From NCBI GenBank assembly GCA_016181265.1, contig JACOZP010000008.1, positions 132,583 through 196,582 on the forward strand: a DNA stretch of 64,000 nt, given 5' to 3'. Under the pieces are notes generated by a model. The model did not search any database, had not been told where the DNA came from, and saw nothing but the letters and a program-made list of their open reading frames with translations. Made by a program: the position numbers and the translations under genes. This document shows, piece after piece, positions 27,979 to 36,445 of this stretch. The first letter of the stretch is position 1, and every line of letters starts with the position of its first letter. This stretch comes from Candidatus Woesearchaeota archaeon. Its GTDB lineage: Archaea; Nanobdellota; Nanobdellia; Woesearchaeales; GW2011-AR9.

Positions 27979-28623
27979 ATGATAAAAGTACTTTTCTTTG
28001 ATTTTTGGGGAACATTAGTAGAGAATGGGGTCTGGAGCCCAATTAAACAGGTAAAAACGATTTTGGGAATTAAAGATCCTTTCTCTGAATACGTAGTAAA
28101 GATGGAAAAGGCGATGATGACGAGATCTTTCTCTTCGTTAAGGGAGGCATTTCAAGCATTATGTGTTGAATTTAATGTTTCTTGCACGGAAGAGAATTTA
28201 GACCTATTGGTAGGGATGTGGAACAAATCATGGATGTTAGCAAAACCATACGAAGAGGTAGTGGAAGTATTGCAACAGCTCACGCAAGATTATACGTTGG
28301 TGTTAGTCTCCAATACGGATTGCTTCTCGATCAATTCTGTCTTGGAGAAATATGCATTGAAACAATACTTTGAGAAAATTGTTTTCTCATGTGAGATAGG
28401 AAAGATTAAAACAGATGAAGATTTCTTTCCGACTGTGCTTAGAGAACTGCAGGTATCGCCGGAGGAATGTTTGATGGTTGGAGATAGTCTGCAGAGTGAT
28501 ATCGAGCCTGCAGAAAGAGTAGGGATGCATGCGGTGTTGGTTGACCGTAAAAATTCGCGAGAACATGGACATAAAATCAGTTCTCTGAGAGAATTGGAGA
28601 AGAAGATAGGAGAATTGCAGTAG
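27979..28623 (+). CDS. HAD-superfamily hydrolase
   Basis: 214 aa. FDFWGTLV motif I (DxxGT). LVSNTD motif II. MVGDSLQSD motif IV. Confidence 0.8.
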   Translation: MIKVLFFDFWGTLVENGVWSPIKQVKTILGIKDPFSEYVVKMEKAMMTRSFSSLREAFQALCVEFNVSCTEENLDLLVGMWNKSWMLAKPYEEVVEVLQQLTQDYTLVLVSNTDCFSINSVLEKYALKQYFEKIVFSCEIGKIKTDEDFFPTVLRELQVSPEECLMVGDSLQSDIEPAERVGMHAVLVDRKNSREHGHKISSLRELEKKIGELQ

Positions 28624-29514
28624 ATGACAGAAATCATATTTTTAGGGACGGGATGTATGCAGCCGACAAAGCTCCGTAATCATGCGGGGGTTCTACTGCA
28701 ACATGGAACGGAGCATATCTTATTTGATTGTGGTGAAGGAATCCAACGGCAGATGAGAGTAGCGGGTGTAAAGCCAGCGAAGATCACTAGGTTATGCATC
28801 AGTCACTTCCACGGAGATCACGTTTTTGGAATACCTGGTCTGTTAAGTAGTATGGGGGCTGATCAATTTGCAAGCAAGCTGCATATCTATGGTCCGAAAG
28901 GGACAAAGCTTTATCTTCAAAATTTTCTGGAAGCATTTGCGGCAAAGGATATCATTGAACATGAAGTCCATGAAGTGACCTCGGGTGTTATTTTAGACGA
29001 GGAAACATTTACTATCGAAGCGAAGCCGTTAAAACATTCCGTACCCTGTATCGGCTATCGTTTTCAAGAAAAAGATAAGCGAAGAATCCACGTGGCGAAG
29101 ACGGAAAAATTAGGATTAGAGGGACCACTCTTAGGAAAACTACAGGAAGGAAAGAGCGTGGAATGGAAAGGAAAGACGATCAGAGCAGATGAAGTAACTT
29201 ATATTGTTCCAGGGAAGAGTGTGAGTTATGTGACTGATACTGCGCCTTGCAATGGGGCTGTGGCGCTAGCAAAAGATGTTGATGTCTTAATCATCGAGGG
29301 GACGCTGCTAGATAATCTTCGAGTAAATGCAGAAAAATCGCTCCATCTGACGGTGAAACAAGCAGCATTGATCGCATCAGAGAACAATGTGAAAAAGTTA
29401 GTGATTACACATATCAGCCAACGGTATAAGACGAATAATGAGATCATGGAAGAAGCACAGACTTATTTTGAAGGAGCAGTCGTGGCCGAAGATTTTATGA
29501 AGATTAAAGTGTAG
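28624..29514 (+). CDS. rnz: Ribonuclease Z (tRNA 3' endonuclease, short form)
   Basis: 296 aa. IIFLGTGCMQPT...ILFDCGEGIQRQ...ISHFHGDHVFGIPGLL matches the metallo-beta-lactamase RNase Z signature. Confidence 0.85.
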   Translation: MTEIIFLGTGCMQPTKLRNHAGVLLQHGTEHILFDCGEGIQRQMRVAGVKPAKITRLCISHFHGDHVFGIPGLLSSMGADQFASKLHIYGPKGTKLYLQNFLEAFAAKDIIEHEVHEVTSGVILDEETFTIEAKPLKHSVPCIGYRFQEKDKRRIHVAKTEKLGLEGPLLGKLQEGKSVEWKGKTIRADEVTYIVPGKSVSYVTDTAPCNGAVALAKDVDVLIIEGTLLDNLRVNAEKSLHLTVKQAALIASENNVKKLVITHISQRYKTNNEIMEEAQTYFEGAVVAEDFMKIKV

Positions 29515-29539
29515 ATTTGAATAATAAGTCCGGTGAAAG

Positions 29540-30007
29540 ATGTTTCAAATTAGAAAATTCAGATCTGATGATGCGGTTTCTTTAGCCCGATTACATCGAG
29601 GAACAATCCGTTCAATTAATAAGAAAGATTATACACCAAGGGAAATCACTGTTTGGTCAGGAAGAAGTTCAGCAAAGCGTTTTCGAAATCTGGGAGAGAT
29701 AAATCAACGATATGTTGCTTTAGAAAGTAGAAAGATTGTGGGTTTTGCAGACTATAAAGATCATGAGTTGATGGGATTATACATCCACAAGAATTTTTTA
29801 GGAAAAGGGATTGGTAAGAAATTATTGATGAAGATTGAAAGAGAAGTTTATGCGAATGGGGGGAGAACGCTGAAATGTATATCGACAATCACGGCACGTC
29901 CTTTTTATGAGAAGAACGGATTTAAAGTAGTCAAGAAGGCTATTCATCAAATAAAAGATCAGAAATTACCTGTTTTTGAAATGAGAAAAAAGCTGATAAG
30001 AAAATGA
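29540..30007 (+). CDS. GNAT-family N-acetyltransferase
   Basis: 155 aa. NFLGKGIGKKLLMKIE acetyl-CoA binding motif A. Confidence 0.8.
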   Translation: MFQIRKFRSDDAVSLARLHRGTIRSINKKDYTPREITVWSGRSSAKRFRNLGEINQRYVALESRKIVGFADYKDHELMGLYIHKNFLGKGIGKKLLMKIEREVYANGGRTLKCISTITARPFYEKNGFKVVKKAIHQIKDQKLPVFEMRKKLIRK

Positions 30008-30008
30008 A

Positions 30009-30431
30009 ATGGTATTAAACCGTAAAGCGAAGGGTACAAGAGGAGAGAGGGAACTGATTAAGATATTTAATGAAAGTGGCTGGTCGGCAATCAGGGCAGC
30101 AGGGAGCGGTTCTTCACGCTATCCTTCGCCAGATATCTTGGCGGGAAATGCAGTAAGAAGAGTCGCGATTGAATGTAAAGTAACGAAAGATCAGAAGAAA
30201 TATCTCTACGCGGAGGATGTTGAGCAATTACAGACGTTCGCACAGCGGTTTGGGGCAGAATCGTGGGTTGGTATCCGTTTTCCTGGTGAAGAATGGTACT
30301 TCTTGATGCTAGAGGACTTAGAAAAAACAGGTAATTGTTGGGCGGCTTCTTTAGAATTAGCAAAAAGAAGGGGCTTGACAGCTACAGAGTTGATGGGAAA
30401 AGAAAATAATGATCTTAACCGAAACATTTAA
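30009..30431 (+). CDS. hjc: Holliday junction resolvase Hjc
   Basis: 140 aa. KGTRGERELIKIFNESGWSAIRAAGSG...DILAGN...AIECKVT matches the archaeal Hjc catalytic core (E, D, ExK). Confidence 0.85.
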   Translation: MVLNRKAKGTRGERELIKIFNESGWSAIRAAGSGSSRYPSPDILAGNAVRRVAIECKVTKDQKKYLYAEDVEQLQTFAQRFGAESWVGIRFPGEEWYFLMLEDLEKTGNCWAASLELAKRRGLTATELMGKENNDLNRNI

Positions 30432-30489
30432 AAGGGTTATTAGCACACAGTAATTACTTTTGATACTGGGTGGTAGATTTACGGCAAAA

Positions 30490-31146
30490 ATGCGCTTCAC
30501 TCCCAAAAAAATAGAGGAAATACTTATAGCTATTCTTGGTCCAGAAGGGACACCACTGATCAGAGAATTGATCGGAAAATCGAATGTTTCAGAGTTTGAT
30601 TTAGCAACACGGACAAAGAAAGATATTAAGATCATCCGCAAAATGCTTTACATCCTTCACAATTACAATCTCGTCGGTTTTACACGGAAAAAAGATAAGC
30701 AAAAAGGGTGGTATATTTACTACTGGACGCTGCTGCCGGAAAGTATCCGTTTTAATTATTACAAGATGAAGCAAAATCTTCTTGACAAATTGAATGCACA
30801 GTTGGAAGAGGAGAGAAAGGAGTTATTTTTTGTCTGTCCAAATACGTGCGTGAGATTAAATTTTGACCAAGCGATGGACTTTGAATTTCGTTGTCCAGAA
30901 TGTGGTGAATTGATCAATCAAGACAACCCGGAAGAGAGGATTAAGCAGCTACAATCACGAATTGCTAGTCTAGAAGCCGAATTTACTGAGCTGAAAGAAG
31001 AGAAGAAAGAGAAGCGGAAGCAGGGAAAAGAAAGGAAAAAAGTAGTGAAAGCAAAAATAAAAAAAGTAAGAAAAACTGATAAGAAGAAATCCGTTAAGAA
31101 AGAAACAGTTCTTAAAAAGATTAAAAAAATAGTGAAAAAGAAATAA
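30490..31146 (+). CDS. tfe: Transcription factor E (TFE, TFIIE-alpha homolog) with lysine-rich C-terminal tail
   Basis: N-terminal winged helix (GWYIYYWTL). Zinc ribbon FVCPNTC...FRCPECG. The C-terminal about 60 aa are extremely K/E-rich. Start chosen at MRFTPKK. Confidence 0.75.
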   Translation: MRFTPKKIEEILIAILGPEGTPLIRELIGKSNVSEFDLATRTKKDIKIIRKMLYILHNYNLVGFTRKKDKQKGWYIYYWTLLPESIRFNYYKMKQNLLDKLNAQLEEERKELFFVCPNTCVRLNFDQAMDFEFRCPECGELINQDNPEERIKQLQSRIASLEAEFTELKEEKKEKRKQGKERKKVVKAKIKKVRKTDKKKSVKKETVLKKIKKIVKKK

Positions 31147-31356
31147 TTATCTCTTCTTCTTACCTTTGATGATGCGTTCAATCATCACTTCTTCGTGGAG
31201 CACTTTTGATGTCAAACGTTGGATATTCATCTCCATAGAAGCGACACGACGCTCAACGAGGATCAATACTCGTAAAGAGTAGACAATCGCAGCAAGTGTA
31301 CCTACGATTACAGCAAGAATAACTTCAGCAAGATCAAGTCCTGGCATAATATACAC
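31147..31356 (-). CDS. Hypothetical small membrane protein
   Basis: 69 aa, one TM (LAEVILAVIVGTLAAIVYSL). Tail-to-tail with tfe. Confidence 0.3.
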   Translation of the reverse strand: MYIMPGLDLAEVILAVIVGTLAAIVYSLRVLILVERRVASMEMNIQRLTSKVLHEEVMIERIIKGKKKR

Positions 31357-31444
31357 ACCTCTTTTATTTATATAGTACGATGTACTATTTGAGGTATATA
31401 AATATTGCGGTGAGGCTGCAGGTTAGAAGACCACAATCTGCCTA

Positions 31445-31459
31445 AACATTTATAAAACA
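31445..31459 (+). promoter_or_regulatory. BRE/TATA-like promoter element AAACATTTATAAAAC upstream of aIF2-beta
   Basis: About 20 nt upstream of the ATG at 31479. Near-identical to the PCNA upstream element. Confidence 0.45.
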
Positions 31460-31478
31460 GACAACTTCTAATGAAAGT

Positions 31479-31886
31479 ATGGATAGTTATGAAAAATTGT
31501 TGCAAAAGGCGAGACAAGAGCTTCCTGAGATCACACAGGGAAGCGAACGATTTACGATAGATAAAGCGATGGGGCATCTTGAAGGAAATAAGACGGTCTT
31601 AAGCAATCTCAAAAAAATTGCCAAGGATATGGATCGTGATCCAGAACATCTCTTAAAGTATCTTCTGAGAGAATTGGCGACACCAGGAAAATTCTTTGGC
31701 GAAAGGGTTATTTTCGGGACAAAAATTCCAGCATCAGCGATCAATAAGAAGATCAAGAAGTATGCAAGTGAATTTGTGTTCTGTCCGGAATGTCACAAGC
31801 CGGAAACAAAATTGATCGAAGAGAAAGGAGCACAGTTCATCCGCTGTAACGCCTGTGGGGCAAAGAAGCCAGTTAAAGCAATCTAA
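31479..31886 (+). CDS. eif2b: Translation initiation factor 2 beta subunit (aIF2-beta)
   Basis: 135 aa. SYEKLLQKARQELPE...RF...NLKKIAKDMDRDPEHLLKYLLRELAT. C-terminal zinc ribbon VFCPECHKPETKL...FIRCNACGAKKPV. Confidence 0.9.
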   Translation: MDSYEKLLQKARQELPEITQGSERFTIDKAMGHLEGNKTVLSNLKKIAKDMDRDPEHLLKYLLRELATPGKFFGERVIFGTKIPASAINKKIKKYASEFVFCPECHKPETKLIEEKGAQFIRCNACGAKKPVKAI

Positions 31887-31887
31887 A

Positions 31888-32205
31888 ATGAATTTTATTG
31901 TAGCAGAAAAACAAGGGGCACACGGAATTCTGATTGTCGTGACAGATAAAGATCTCTTGGGAAAACATTTTGAAGAGGGAAAAGTCCAATTAGATATACG
32001 TTCTGTTTTTTATCAAGGAGAAGAAAAATCTCCAGAGGAAGTAAAGAAGTTAATTGAGGGTGCACGTGATGCGATGTTTACCGGGAAAGCAGCTGTGGCA
32101 CTGGGAATAGAATTGGATTTGATCGATCCAAAAAAAGTCTTGTATGTGCAGAATGTTCCACATGCGCAAGTAGCGTTGGAATGTAGTAGGTGTAATTGTT
32201 TGTAA
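31888..32205 (+). CDS. DUF424-like archaeal protein (commonly linked to aIF2-beta)
   Basis: Start at MNFIVAEK, 1 nt after the aIF2-beta stop. KVQLDIRSVFYQGEE...VLYVQNVPHAQVA. Confidence 0.55.
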   Translation: MNFIVAEKQGAHGILIVVTDKDLLGKHFEEGKVQLDIRSVFYQGEEKSPEEVKKLIEGARDAMFTGKAAVALGIELDLIDPKKVLYVQNVPHAQVALECSRCNCL

Positions 32206-32839
32206 AAACGTTGATAATTCTAAGAATAATGATGAGATAAAGATTAAAATAAAGGAACAAGAAGAGCTTATTAGACGAAAATATAGTTTAGAATCTCTTT
32301 CGGATCTGCCTAAAATAAATATTTGGAGAGAGGCATATCTCAAGTTTAATGCCAAACCGAAGGATAATAAATCCTCTGTCGAAAATTTATATCAATTAGT
32401 CCTCAGAGGAATCAAGTTAAAACCAATTAGTGCTTTAGTTGATACTTATAATTTTGTTTCTTTAAAATATATGATACCTCTGGGTGGAGAAGATGTCGAC
32501 ATGATAAAAGGAGATCTCAGACTAACTTTTGCTGGGGAAAATGAAGAAGCAGTTCTTCTCTTAGGTGACAAAGAGGCACGAGCACCACATGTTGGAGAAA
32601 TTATTTACAGAGATGCAATATCAACAATCTGTAGAAGATGGAATTGGCGCGAAGCAGAAAGAACAAAACTAACAGAAAATACAAAAAATTGCATCTTAAT
32701 ATTAGAAGGACTTCCTCCATTTACAAAGCAAGGGGTGAAAATGATCACAGAAGAGCTGAAAGAACTAATCAAGAAATATTGTGGTGGAGAAATTAAATGT
32801 TTGATTTTAGATAAAGAAAACAGAGAAGTATTAATTTAG
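32174..32839 (+). CDS. B3/B4 (PheT-like) tRNA-binding domain protein; the conserved N-terminal about 100 codons are in frame but lack a canonical start codon
   Basis: The ORF track starts at ATG 32471 (MIPLGGEDVDMIKGDLRLTFAGENEEAVLLLGD...CRRWNWREAERTKLTENTKNC). The same frame is open back to a stop at 32171 and encodes LPKINIWREAYLKFNAKPKDNKSSVENLYQLVLRGIKLKPISALVDTYNFVSLKY, which looks like the conserved N-terminal half of stand-alone B3/4 proteins. There is no in-frame ATG/GTG/TTG in 32174-32470. Confidence 0.5.
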   Translation, partial: RWNVVGVIVCKNVDNSKNNDEIKIKIKEQEELIRRKYSLESLSDLPKINIWREAYLKFNAKPKDNKSSVENLYQLVLRGIKLKPISALVDTYNFVSLKYMIPLGGEDVDMIKGDLRLTFAGENEEAVLLLGDKEARAPHVGEIIYRDAISTICRRWNWREAERTKLTENTKNCILILEGLPPFTKQGVKMITEELKELIKKYCGGEIKCLILDKENREVLI

Positions 32840-32848
32840 AAAAATGAG

Positions 32849-35800
32849 CTAACCCATAAACGCTCCTAATCCGACTTGCTTCTCTTTATCTTTGCCAAAG
32901 ATATGTTCTACATCACTCTTAATGATGTTAAGAGTCTGTTTTAAGTACGGGGAGAAGTCATATTTCTCTGCTAACATCAGTGATGGTCCAAGGTATTTAA
33001 TGACGGAACCTTCAGAAATTGTAAAGATTAGTCTCCCACCGCAAGCAGTGCACTTTCCAGCGAGTGGCGGGCGACGATATTTCTCGTTGCATTTCACGCA
33101 GCGAAATTGTTGCATGGAAAATTTCTTGAGATTCCCTTTCAAATCTTTGATGAAATGTTTCTGAATAACCAATTTAGCAACATCGTCCATATTAACAGCA
33201 CGAACTTTTTGAGCAATTTCCATCTGTCCCATCAGTTTTTCTTCCATGGAGGGAATGGTCTTGTAGGCAGAACATTGCACACCTTTATTGAAATTAGTTG
33301 TTGGATGAGTAAATCCGTATTGTTCGTACTGCAGTGGTGTTCCGAGACGATCACTGATCTGTTCTACTTTCTTTTGGTCTGGACCGGATTTCACTTCCCA
33401 AGGGGCTTTCATCTCTAACGCAGCTTCATAGAGTTCCAAAGGATAACGCCAGACAATATCAACACCATGAACTTGGTCATCAACTTCAGAAGGATTAAGG
33501 AACGCAGTCAAGACTAAGGGTGAGTCCATCGTTTTAGCACCACGTCTTTCAGGAAGATATTGTCGAGAGAAATTAAGAAGAGCATCCATCAGAAGCATAA
33601 CAGCAGCTTCATCACCATCACAATCACGCCTCATCCCGGCATGATACATCGGATGGGTAATCAATCCCTGCGTTTCGGAGAAGCCGATAATCCTACCGAC
33701 TAGTCCGGCAGAGATATGGGGAGCGATGCCAACTACAAGATGACCGACAAGGTCTTGTTCTGTATTAATGTTATAAAATGGTTCTAAATGATAAAATTGA
33801 ATCAAGAGATCATCGATGAATTTTGCGACTCGTGATAATACTTTTGGTGCAGATTCATCAAGGGAGTCAAAGCCGGGGAGGATAACATCTTGGGGTTTTA
33901 TTTCTACGACTTGTTGATCAGACTGAAGATCAGCACCATATACATCGTGAGTGTATCCCAATTCCCGTAATCTTTGGACAGAGGTCTTTATCTCTTTAGG
34001 CTTGAAATGGGTGATAGGTAATTCTGTGCAGTCATAGCGAGTGGTTCCGTCTTTATTAACATAGACATCATGTTTGGCGCGGAGTAATCCTTTGGTCAAG
34101 TGTTCTACAATATGGTGTTTGTTGGAGGTGCCACGAATGCCTTTAATGAGATCGGGAAAGATTTTTTCATTAAGACGTCCTTTGGCCTTGGTGAAGTAAT
34201 AATTAATATCAAGATCTTGGTGTTTATAACGAGAAGCAGGGCCGTGACGGCATTGATCTTCTGACAGATCACCACATTGTCGACAGAAATAATGTTGGAT
34301 GCAAGCCGTACCACAGTCCTCACAAGAAGGATAAATCATTTTTTTCTGGCAGGGTTCGCAGAAGAAACAGGGGAAAGCGCTATTAACTTTGCCGTTGACT
34401 AAAGCAGCTTGGAAACTGCGCAAACGATCGCCTTCTTCTCCCACAGGAAACATGACCTGTGGGGATCCGGTAAGGTGGCGCATCTTGGCTTTTTCTGGAC
34501 GGCCCATTCTTGCACCAATAAATGTTCCAGCTTTATCCCGCTGAGTTATCTTATTGAAAGAGTTGAGGAACTCTAACGCATTTCTAAATGAAGAGTGAGA
34601 AGGGAGAGATCTCTGCTCTAATTCCTGCGGGGAAGAAAAGTTAAAGATCAAACCAAGATATTGGGCTTCTTTTTGTTCGATGACAAGATTATCTTTATTG
34701 ATAATCTTGTGAGGAAGACCAATATTATCAAGAATCTTTTTAGGATAGGAAAGTTCTTTGTTGAAAGGGAGAATAATTTTAGTGATGCCGAGTTGGTCAC
34801 ATTTTACTTTTCCCTCTTTTAGCCATTGAAAGAGAAAGGAGACATCTTCTGCAGATGCAAGCTTCCAATAGGCGGTGAACTCAGGATGTAGAGGAACGGC
34901 ATAATGAGTAGAAATAGAAATTGCTTCTTCAAAAGTAGGGTATAAAGTAAGAGGGGATTGAAGAAGTTCATTGATCCTTTCGGGAGAGAGATTCAATTTT
35001 TGCGCCGTGTCGTTGAGCCATGAACCAGTCTGGTCTTTGCCCATTGCTTTTTCAAATTCTAGCATCCACCACTCGGGACAATAACCTGCGGGAACTAATT
35101 TTTGTCCGTTCTCAGAAAAATCACCATAATTAAAGAGGATGTCACCAAGGAAGAGAATTTCTTCAACAGATGGAATGAAAGGTTTAGCTTCCTCCTCATT
35201 TTGCAACTTCATAACAGAACCATCGGTGAGACGAACGACGGGCCCTTCTAATGAGTCACAAATAGCAACGGTTGCTGCTTTTCCTGGACGTTCAACCTTG
35301 AGCTGGGTGCCAATAGCAATGAATTTGTCAAGGACAAGGAGGGTTACGGGGTGAAGTGCCGCCGTAGAAAAACCAGTTGTTCTTGCTCTCCCGTAGCGAA
35401 GACGGAAACCGCCTGCTCCTAAAGGGTGCGTTAGAATCGGACGGCCGGCAACAAGATCCATAATAAAAGTGTTATTTGCTTTCACTACTTTTTCTGTTGA
35501 TGTTTTTTCTTCATTGTTTTTAGCAGGGCCATGAGAAGCATGAATTTCTTCTTTCAGTTTGATGAAGTCAGCAAGCCAGCTCCAATCTAGACCCATCTCT
35601 TTTCCCCATTTAGAGAGACGTTTCCATAGTTTTGGCGCTTTTTGGCAGAGGCCTTCAGCAAGAACCAACGCAACACCACCACGAATGAGATTAGACTCTA
35701 TCCGAGGAAGATCTTTATAGTTGGAAACTTCGAACTGTTCAGTGGGGTCGCCGTCCACTTCAACAGGAAGATGGGAGATCATAAATTTCAATTCTTGATC

Positions 35801-36445
35801 AGAGGGACGGTATTGAAGGTTAGTAACACGTTCGTGGTAGTCTCCAACTTCGATGGCATAACGATTGACTTCTTTTTCGTCAGGATCATAGGGTGCATAA
35901 CCCATTCTCACTCTCACATAATCAGAAAGGATGACGGAAGTAGATGCAGCAGTTCCACCGGCCCCGCGGATGGGGCCGGCATATTGGAGAGCAAAATATT
36001 CTTTACCATCTCTACGCTTTTTTATTTTAAGTCCGACGAAGCCTTCTAATGGAGCTGAAACGATCCCTAACGTGAGATACGCAAAGCCGACACGAATGCC
36101 TACTTCCATCGCCGTTTGCTTATCCTCAAATTTACAAAATTGTTCTTTGGCGACCTCTTCGGCAATGGTAAAACCAACACGCCAATCAAGAAGACCGTAT
36201 TGTTTTTCAAGTTCAGTTATACGTTGGGTAACAGTAGTATTAGTTATTTGCGGTGCGACCACAGAGATGAGACCGACAACTCGTTCAGCCATGTTTTTGG
36301 CTAATGGAATAGCAACTGTCCTTTCAGGGTCTAGGCCTTTCGCTCGCGCTTCTTCAGCAACAGCATAGGCTTTTGTTACACTTTCTGTAATCTGCTGGAA
36401 GTATTGTTGTATCTCCGGTGATGCGACGATGGCCACGTTAACCAA
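32849..36445 (-). CDS. polC: DNA polymerase II (PolD) large subunit DP2
   Basis: 1198 aa with characteristic DP2 regions and zinc-binding C-terminal cysteine clusters. No intein detected. Confidence 0.93.
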   Translation of the reverse strand: MVNVAIVASPEIQQYFQQITESVTKAYAVAEEARAKGLDPERTVAIPLAKNMAERVVGLISVVAPQITNTTVTQRITELEKQYGLLDWRVGFTIAEEVAKEQFCKFEDKQTAMEVGIRVGFAYLTLGIVSAPLEGFVGLKIKKRRDGKEYFALQYAGPIRGAGGTAASTSVILSDYVRVRMGYAPYDPDEKEVNRYAIEVGDYHERVTNLQYRPSDQELKFMISHLPVEVDGDPTEQFEVSNYKDLPRIESNLIRGGVALVLAEGLCQKAPKLWKRLSKWGKEMGLDWSWLADFIKLKEEIHASHGPAKNNEEKTSTEKVVKANNTFIMDLVAGRPILTHPLGAGGFRLRYGRARTTGFSTAALHPVTLLVLDKFIAIGTQLKVERPGKAATVAICDSLEGPVVRLTDGSVMKLQNEEEAKPFIPSVEEILFLGDILFNYGDFSENGQKLVPAGYCPEWWMLEFEKAMGKDQTGSWLNDTAQKLNLSPERINELLQSPLTLYPTFEEAISISTHYAVPLHPEFTAYWKLASAEDVSFLFQWLKEGKVKCDQLGITKIILPFNKELSYPKKILDNIGLPHKIINKDNLVIEQKEAQYLGLIFNFSSPQELEQRSLPSHSSFRNALEFLNSFNKITQRDKAGTFIGARMGRPEKAKMRHLTGSPQVMFPVGEEGDRLRSFQAALVNGKVNSAFPCFFCEPCQKKMIYPSCEDCGTACIQHYFCRQCGDLSEDQCRHGPASRYKHQDLDINYYFTKAKGRLNEKIFPDLIKGIRGTSNKHHIVEHLTKGLLRAKHDVYVNKDGTTRYDCTELPITHFKPKEIKTSVQRLRELGYTHDVYGADLQSDQQVVEIKPQDVILPGFDSLDESAPKVLSRVAKFIDDLLIQFYHLEPFYNINTEQDLVGHLVVGIAPHISAGLVGRIIGFSETQGLITHPMYHAGMRRDCDGDEAAVMLLMDALLNFSRQYLPERRGAKTMDSPLVLTAFLNPSEVDDQVHGVDIVWRYPLELYEAALEMKAPWEVKSGPDQKKVEQISDRLGTPLQYEQYGFTHPTTNFNKGVQCSAYKTIPSMEEKLMGQMEIAQKVRAVNMDDVAKLVIQKHFIKDLKGNLKKFSMQQFRCVKCNEKYRRPPLAGKCTACGGRLIFTISEGSVIKYLGPSLMLAEKYDFSPYLKQTLNIIKSDVEHIFGKDKEKQVGLGAFMG

